Below, in pieces: positions 56,295 through 64,000 of a DNA stretch of 64,000 nucleotides. Position 1 is the first letter of the stretch; every line of letters begins with the position of its first letter. Source of the stretch: Eledone cirrhosa (taxonomy: Eukaryota); contig OZ024740.1 of NCBI GenBank assembly GCA_964016885.1, positions 266,538,001 through 266,602,000 of the forward strand. Reading direction: 5' to 3'. The position numbers and the translations under genes are program-made. The notes under the pieces are model-generated. The model saw only the letters and a list, made by a program, of their open reading frames with translations, did not search any database and was not told the origin of the DNA.

Positions 56295-56460
56295 GACAGC
56301 GAATTGGCAGAGCTGTTAGAGCGACCGATAAAATGTTTTGTGGTGTTTGTTCCGGCATTCTGCTCTCTGAGTTCAAATTCTACCGCGGTCAACTTTGTCT
56401 TTCATCCATTCAATGTCGATAAAACAAAAGTATCAATCTTTTGCTGGGGTCGATTCTTCC
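56295..56460 (+). mobile_element. Diverged tRNA-derived SINE
   Basis: gcgaattggcagagctgttagagcg, gagttcaaattc, caactttgtctttcatcc. Confidence 0.7.
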
Positions 56461-56789
56461 GCTATATCTCTTTCCATTTCCATTCTTTCACTCTCTATCT
56501 CCTTCTCTGGAAGAAATCTACTGTATTTAGACCTGAAAGGGATGTGCTCCGCCAGGTTTTAAAATGCCCTACAAACGCCGTATATACATCAGGAGTTACG
56601 GGACCATGCATGCATATTTATTTAAGCATCTTCCATCATAATATTGAGTAAGAATTTTTGTTTCGTTATGTTCCAAACGCAAACTGAATGATAAGGAAGT
56701 TTGTTTTGTTTATGTACAAACCTTTAATCTGTTTTGTGTATGTGTGTATATGTGTGACATCCGAACGAGTATCCTCCACATCCAACTAA

Positions 56790-57215
56790 CTTACCTTCCA
56801 CTTGTTGGTCCCGGCTGACAGGATACAAAATACATTTCCCCGGACGATGGCAAAGGAGACGCGCTGGAACAGCCACTCCCCCTCGCGGGGCTCGCAGCCG
56901 CGGGTAGCCAATTACGCTCCGATGGCAGAGAGCAGGGATGTGGTCCGGGAGCCAAGAACGCTGGAAGTCTCCACTACTACAGACTCTACCACAAACCTAT
57001 CAGAGAACGGCCGATATTCGGACAGTTTACCCTCTTCGGCCTGGCGGGCAGCAGAGCCTGGGCTGGTAGCCGAACGTACTAGGTTGCCACTAGAGAAGGT
57101 ATCACAGCTTTTAGCATCCCAGATGAAGGGGCTACCCCCGCACAGCAGCACGATTGTCATGTCATCAGGCCTTTTGCCGCCCCCTCGCTCTGATAGAGCC
57201 ATTATAATCCTATAA
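56790..57215 (-). pseudogene. CRE-like restriction-like endonuclease (PD-D/ExK) C-terminal fragment
   Basis: GGKRPDDMT...FIWDAKSCDTF...AARQAEEGK..Y...VVETSSVLG...EPREGEWLFQRVSFAIVRGN. Confidence 0.8.
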
Positions 57216-57309
57216 AATAAAGCTTCTAAACGGGGGGCATGGGTCCGAAAAATCAAATCTCTGATTTTTCGGACCCATAGCTTTTTACATATTCCTTTGT
57301 TATATTCCA

Positions 57310-57367
57310 ATACCTGATGATATCACCGGATTCATATAGAACCCGGTCATTGAAATGATCATAGTAT
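57310..57367 (+). ncRNA. Hammerhead ribozyme (same family as 16807-16864)
   Basis: atac-CTGATGA-tatcaccgg...ccggtcatt-GAAA-tgatcat-A-gtat. Confidence 0.8.
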
Positions 57368-57644
57368 AATAAACCTTTCAAGGATTTACACCAGTCCAGC
57401 CTCCTGTTATTTCATTTATAATTAACTCCGTATTCGCACCACCAACTAACTACACAAACGAAGATGGGTGAACTGCACTGCGTTGAGTACTCTTCACAAT
57501 ATTACACCAGGATTGACCATATGGAATGATCAGTTCTATCCAGTGGTGAACCAACAAACTTAAAGATATATATATATATATATTAAGTGTAAGGAATTCT
57601 TTTACAATGGAATTAGCTCGAAAGGAAATATTCCTGAGCCGTGT

Positions 57645-57991
57645 ATAAAAGTAACATATATGAGTAATATATATGATGAAACAGATACCAACATATCTGT
57701 ATTTATATTGCAAAAGAAAGTTAGCCAGACTGAAGAATATTAATTATTTTACCACAGTTCGTCCACATCGATTTAAAATAATAATAATAATAAATCGACA
57801 AAAACTAGCTGTGCCGCCAAATTTGGCGGCACAGCTAGTTTTTGTCGATTTATTATTATTATTATTTTAAATCGATGTGGACGAACTGTGGTAAAATAAT
57901 TAATATTCTTCAGTCTGGCTAACTTTCTTTTGCAATATAAATACAGATATGTTGGTATCTGTTTCATCATATATATTACTCATATATATTA

Positions 57992-57998
<7 letters not shown>
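57645..57998. repeat. ~350-bp spacerless palindrome
   Basis: Centre at 57821/57822. Identical ORFs 57673-57870 (+) and 57773-57970 (-). Confidence 0.95.
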
Positions 57999-58055
<57 letters not shown>

Positions 58056-58530
58056 TATAGAGAAAAATACTGCAGGTAGCACATGGTAACATGTAATAAA
58101 ATACGTCCCTCATCAGTGATTTGCCGAAGATCATAGATATTTCATTGCATTAAAAATCATATATCTCACTTCGGTGCAATAATAACCAAAATAAGTTATT
58201 AGGACAATTAAAACGCGTAAAGCGAGTGAGACAGGAGAACAACAGAAAATATAGCATACCGTGGGAGAGAAACAAGCTTCAAAAATTATTCTGTTAGCGT
58301 AAGCCAGGTGAATATATGAGCGCTTAGAGAAAGAATAGTGCCAGCACGAACGAAGGCCATTGAGCAGAGAGAGAAAAAATAGCGTCCGTGAGTGCAGGAT
58401 GAAATGAAGAGAAGAGGGAGAAAAACAGTGAGTGAGTGAAAGTGTGAGGAAGAGTTAACGGACAAGACAGAGGGGGAGAAACAGAGAGAATGGGGGAACA
58501 GTAAGAGAGAGAGAAAAAAACACAGAATCG

Positions 58531-58583
<53 letters not shown>

Positions 58584-58631
58584 CTACATACATATATATA
58601 TATAAATCTACATACATATATATATATAAAT

Positions 58632-58662
<31 letters not shown>

Positions 58663-58838
58663 AATCTACATACATATATTTATATATATATATATATGTA
58701 TATATATATACATATAAATCTACATACATACATACATACATATATATATATAAATCTACATACATATATACATACATACATTTACGTATGTATATAGCTA
58801 TGCATTTATACATGCATTTATATTTAAGTGTGTAGGGT

Positions 58839-58869
<31 letters not shown>

Positions 58870-58885
58870 ATAATATATATATTAT

Positions 58886-58942
<57 letters not shown>

Positions 58943-59224
58943 GTGTGACAAGAAGCTTGTTTCTCAACCACATATTTCCGGGTTCAGTCACACTGCCCGA
59001 GCCGACCAAAGCCCTGTGAGTGGATTTGATAGATTGAAACTAAAAGAAACCCGTCGTATATATGTATATATGTCTGTGTGTGTCTTTGCATTTGTGTTTT
59101 CCCTCCCACCAATGCTTGTTGGTTTGTTGACGTCCCCATAACTTACCAAGGTGATGCTCCAGCATAGGCGTAGTCCAGAGACAGAAAAAAAGTAAAATAT
59201 ATATATGCGTGTGTGTATGTAGAA

Positions 59225-59628
59225 GAGGGGTCTCAAATTCAAGGACACAAAAGGCCTATTATATCCTGGAGGAGAGGCACAGTGGGCCAAACGTGGTGGT
59301 GGGTGAAAAGTTTCACCAGTTAATCATTTCTACTATAGGAACAAGGCATGAAATTTGGGGTTTAGGGTTTAGTCGATTGCATAGATCCTAGTACACAACT
59401 GGTACTTAATTCATCGACCCCAAAAAGGATGTAAGGCAAAGTTGAGATTGGCCGAATTTGAACTCAGAACGTAAAAACGGAAGAAGTACCGTTAAGCATT
59501 TCGCCAGATGTGCTAACGATTCCACCAGCTCGTCGCCTTATTTTCACCAGTTATAATGCGATATGAAATATTGGTTCTACCACGGGCCACAGATAAGTAG
59601 TTCGCGGGCCGCATGTGTGAGCCCCCTG
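59225..59628. mobile_element. Possible hAT-type MITE interrupted by a SINE (59323-59541, minus strand)
   Basis: Ends gaggggtctcaaa...gcgggccgcatgtgtgagccccctg. The SINE has the 12-bp duplication tttcaccagtta (59311-59322, 59542-59553). No 8-bp duplication is seen for the MITE. Confidence 0.5.
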
Positions 59629-59724
59629 TTGGATATAAATAGATAGATAGATAGATAGATAGATAGACGTGTACCAAACACACACACATCTCTTACTCTC
59701 TCTGTCCCTCCCTCTTTCTCTCTT

Positions 59725-59775
<51 letters not shown>

Positions 59776-59876
59776 AGCGTTGTTATTTGGCGTTGTTGAA
59801 AAGAGCTGTGGCCTTTAACTTGGCAATAAAAAACTGTAGACAAAATTCTTTCTGTACCAAGGCACACACACACACA

Positions 59877-59919
<43 letters not shown>

Positions 59920-61022
59920 GTGTGTGTGTGTGTGTTTATATATTGCTTTCTCAGTCACCAAGCTTCTCAATTCATTCCTTACTACTTATTTTGCTACGAG
60001 GTATATTATTTTGCAAGGTACTATTTTTTCCCTGAGTTTGTGATTTCAGAGAAAGGTAAGAAATTCTTCATATTTTGCATCTTTTGTATTTTGACTTTGC
60101 AGTTTCAATTGTCTATCCACTCAAAATATTACAACAGCTAACAGTGAAATATAGAATTTAAAAAAAAAAAGCTTTTTCGACTGTGATCAAATGTTTTTTT
60201 TTTATTTCAAAAATATATAATTTGAAATAGCTTGCTTTTGTTTTGGACTGAAACTTTTTTGTATTTAATTCGTACGAGTATTTTTTAAAGAATCTAAGAT
60301 AACTTGATTTGGCCCAGTAATCTACTGATATCAAAATCAGTAGTATATTGAAAAATGGAAAAATAGGGGGGGGGGGGGGGGGGGCGTACAAAAAATGGGT
60401 TGAAAACCTTTGCTATAAAAGATTACATCTTGATACAGTGACGGTGCGGTTCACTTCCGCTTCGTGCTCTTGTTATACGTGATGTGTCTCCATTTGACAT
60501 CTTTCTACACTTCTGTTACCTCAGTATTAAAGGTATCGAATTATGCATGTCATGCGCTCACGTTTCTATTTACTTAGTTTCACGAACAAGATTTATGGCT
60601 ATAAGATTAAAATGAGATTCATGCCTTTAAAGTTCCGCTTGAACTATATATACATAAATAAATATTATTTCAGCGAGATCGTATTTCGGTGGTCTTCCAA
60701 CCGTCGTAGGCATTTCATCGGTTTAAAGACCATATACCTCAGGTTGGTGCGAGCAACGGCTAAAAAAAGTCGTTGGGACACGTAAATAAAGGGGACGTTA
60801 GGGTAAACAAATAAAATGGTTTAAGCAACAGAAAGTGATGAAGAAAGAGACAAGTCCCAGATTTCTATGAATATAAATTCGGTGAAATCGTGAACGAGAG
60901 AATAAAGACCATCAAACCTGGTTGAAATGTGAGCAAAGAAGGAATTTCGCACAGGTCTAACGGGAGGAAGAAGGGGTCTGGTCTGCGAATTCGGTAAACA
61001 TAAGTTCTGTGAAGTCGCAGAC

Positions 61023-61092
<70 letters not shown>

Positions 61093-61093
61093 A

Positions 61094-61184
<91 letters not shown>

Positions 61185-61191
61185 TGCATGT

Positions 61192-61308
61192 GGCGTGTGG
61201 CTAAGTGGCTAGAGAATTGGATTCACAATCTTGAGGTTGTGAGTTCGATTCCTGGACCGGGCAATGCGTTATGTCCTTGAGCAAGACACTTTATTTCACG
61301 TTGCTCCT
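61192..61308 (+). mobile_element. tRNA-headed SINE 5' part (second family)
   Basis: tggctaagtgg (A box), gagttcgattcc (B box), tgtccttgagcaagacacttt domain. Confidence 0.7.
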
Positions 61309-61429
61309 TCTACCTGGAGTTGCGACCGATAGATAGTACTAGCAACTGGAAAGACCAACGGAAACATTGTTTCCTCGGTCCGATTTGACGAAAGTCGATC
61401 GATGAAAATATATATATATATATATATAT

Positions 61430-62371
61430 ATATAACAATATATTTAGAAACACACAGATACATGCGGACGTACACATATACATGAATGCATCCGCACCTA
61501 ACCGTGAGTTAAGGGTGCCAACTTCACCGAATGACTTTACGTGCCAACTTCACCGATTCACTTTACGTGCCAACTGCTCAATGAATGACTGGGACAGACC
61601 AATCCGGTTGAACTAGACTGAACCAGTATCAGAGTTAAAAATACATTATGAAGAGAGAAGAAACATTTAGGTATAATTAGTAATAAAATGTATCATACCT
61701 AAACTGCTCCTAGATTCCTCGACTACGTAGTTTCGTGGCATAAACTAATTATACCTAAATGTTTCTTCTCTCTTCATAATGTATTTTTAACTCTGATACT
61801 GGTTCAGTCTAGTTCAACCGGATTGGTCTGTCCCAGTCATTCATTGAGCAACATCGGTGAAGTTGGCACCCTTAACTCACGGTTGGGTGCGGATGCATTC
61901 ATGTATATGTGTGCGTCCGCATGTATCTGTGTGTTTCTAAATATATTGTTAATAACTCCCTCTGGTCGAGCAATCTTTGAAGTGTGGGGACTGCTGGAAA
62001 GCTTCCATTACTCATACTTCTCTCCTCCTTCACCACCTCTTCTACGGCTTCGATATAAATACCCCCTCCGCCTCCGTGGTATTTTCTTCGGGGTTATAAG
62101 AGGCTTAGCTCTGTTTCTCGACCGTTATATCGCGTGACTATCTCCCCCTCCGCCTTTTGGGATTCTTTCTCACGTCGTGTAGACGCGTTCTTGAGACTAG
62201 TAAAATGAGGTATCCTCTTGATAAGTCGGTAGACCTCGCAAGGACTCTATATCTTTATGATGTATTGTTTTTGTTTATGCCACGAAACTACGTAGTCGAG
62301 GAATCTTGGAGCAGTTTAGGTATGATACATTTTATTACTAATTATACCTAAATGTGTCTTCTCTCTTCATA

Positions 62372-62375
<4 letters not shown>
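61430..62375. repeat. pLTR-like element with inverted and tandem duplication and a degenerate hammerhead (62213-62302)
   Basis: 61430-61745 is inverted relative to 61745-61952 and 62273-62375. tcctc-TTGATAA-...-GAAA-ctacgtagt-C-gagga has the palindromic stem III ACTACGTAGT. Confidence 0.7.
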
Positions 62376-62409
<34 letters not shown>

Positions 62410-62656
62410 CAAGCGGAACTTTAAAGGCATGTATCACATTTTAATCTTATAGCCTCAGATCACCATAAATCTTGTTCGTGAAACTAAGTAAATATATATA
62501 TATATCCTTCCTTGTATTTTGATCATGCTTTATTTTTATTTATTATATTTTTTGTCTTTATTTGTTAATTTTTCATTCGCACCGTTTCCTTTCGCTATAT
62601 GTCTCTCCACCACTCCCCTACACACCTTTTGAACTCTGTTCCCACACATTTCTCAC

Positions 62657-62687
62657 CTGAAGAAGGGCTTATGCCCGAAACGTCGTC
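62657..62687 (+). ncRNA. Hammerhead core without a recognisable stem I
   Basis: CTGAAGA-a-gggc(ttat)gccc-GAAA-cgtcgt-C. The flanks do not pair. Confidence 0.5.
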
Positions 62688-62774
62688 CCCCACCTACCCC
62701 CCACTCTCCTGAGCGTGAATTTAATAAACATTTATTGTACTGCCTCTCTGTTCTGTCCCTGTTCAATTTTTCAT

Positions 62775-62808
<34 letters not shown>

Positions 62809-62862
62809 TAAACAAATAATGAATAAACAATGAAAACAGTTCCTTATATTAAACAAAAAAAG

Positions 62863-63016
62863 TTCATTATTTAACGATCGTTTCTAGGATATATATGTGT
62901 TAGAATTGGCATGCATATTCAACAGATCTATGTACAAAATTATACAAAATTATACAAACTATCAAGATTAAATATACATACCAACACATATATACGCCGT
63001 CTTCAGAAATAATGAA
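62863..63016 (-). ncRNA. Hammerhead ribozyme with ~115-nt stem II (diverged relative of 2706-2843)
   Basis: Minus strand: ttcattattt-CTGAAGA-cggcg...ccta-GAAA-cgatcgt-T-aaataatgaa, with a perfect 10-bp stem I. Confidence 0.8.
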
Positions 63017-63642
63017 ATATATTTATTGATAATAACAACAATTCAAAATTTCAGGTCCGTTTGGGAACAAAATTGACCAATGAAAATACAAAAGGTTTAA
63101 TGCAGTTCAGTGTGTGTATATACATGTAACTACCCTTACACATATTTTACAAAAATGTATGCACTACTTGTATACGCATATCAAAAGGATGGATGCAAGT
63201 ACAAAATTTCAAGGTTAATGTCTCTGTAAGTTTATAATGCACAGATAAGATGCGTATAGACATATAAATATGAAATAAGTGTATACACATATTCACATAC
63301 TCAGACATATCCGTACAATCACACACACACGCGCGTATATGCATAAACATACACATAACTACGAACATACAAACACACACACACCCCCACTCACATATAT
63401 ATATGTGGATATAAAATCCTAAGCACATGGATATTAATTCACTCACATAAACACTGGCACACACATTTAGATCAAGATACAGAAATTAGGTGGGAGGGGG
63501 GGAGAGGTCAGTATTCAACGGTTTGGGCAGACTGCTTAATATAGATGTATCTATAAACTAGAAAAATAAAAAATAATAAATAATAAATAAACAATAAAAG
63601 GAAAGAAAAGAAAAAGAAAATAGAAAAAAGAAATATATCAAG

Positions 63643-63712
<70 letters not shown>

Positions 63713-64000
63713 TACACATACACACATATACACACATACACATATATATATACACACATACAAACACATACATACATATACACACATCCACACTTAGAAC
63801 ATACATACACACACATATATAAACATATACATATACACACATACATACATATACACACATACATGTATGTATGTGTGTATATGTATATGTTTATATATGT
63901 GTGTGTATGTATGTTCTAAGTGTGGATGTGTGTATATGTATGTATGTGTTTGTATGTGTGTATATATATATGTGTATGTGTGTATATGTGTGTATGTGTA

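Noticed and set aside
61192-61263. tRNA gene
   Set aside because: A and B boxes are present but the acceptor stem is poor and it runs into a SINE body; it is a SINE head.

Overview
AT-rich animal genomic DNA, most consistent with an octopus or other cephalopod (inferred from the huge (TA)n/(CA)n/(GATA)n tracts and the tRNA-derived SINE family). No host protein-coding gene is supported. The window is a nest of retroelements inserted into microsatellites. It holds one nearly full-length Tx1/L1-like LINE with an intact APE-RT ORF2, sitting inside (GATA)n, plus three 3' fragments of relatives. It also holds several Penelope-like elements (PLEs; RT plus C-terminal GIY-YIG) of at least two lineages, CRE-like and RTE-like fragments, many SINEs and a probable non-autonomous Helitron. 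The most striking signal not shown by the ORF track is a set of about 20 type I hammerhead ribozyme motifs (CUGANGA...GAAA, mostly with a palindromic stem III) from about a dozen unrelated repeat families. Many have unusual architectures: a U.U mismatch at the base of stem II, a ~100-nt stem II, or fold-back duplications. All YIYI/VCVC/HTHT ORFs in the track are microsatellite artefacts.
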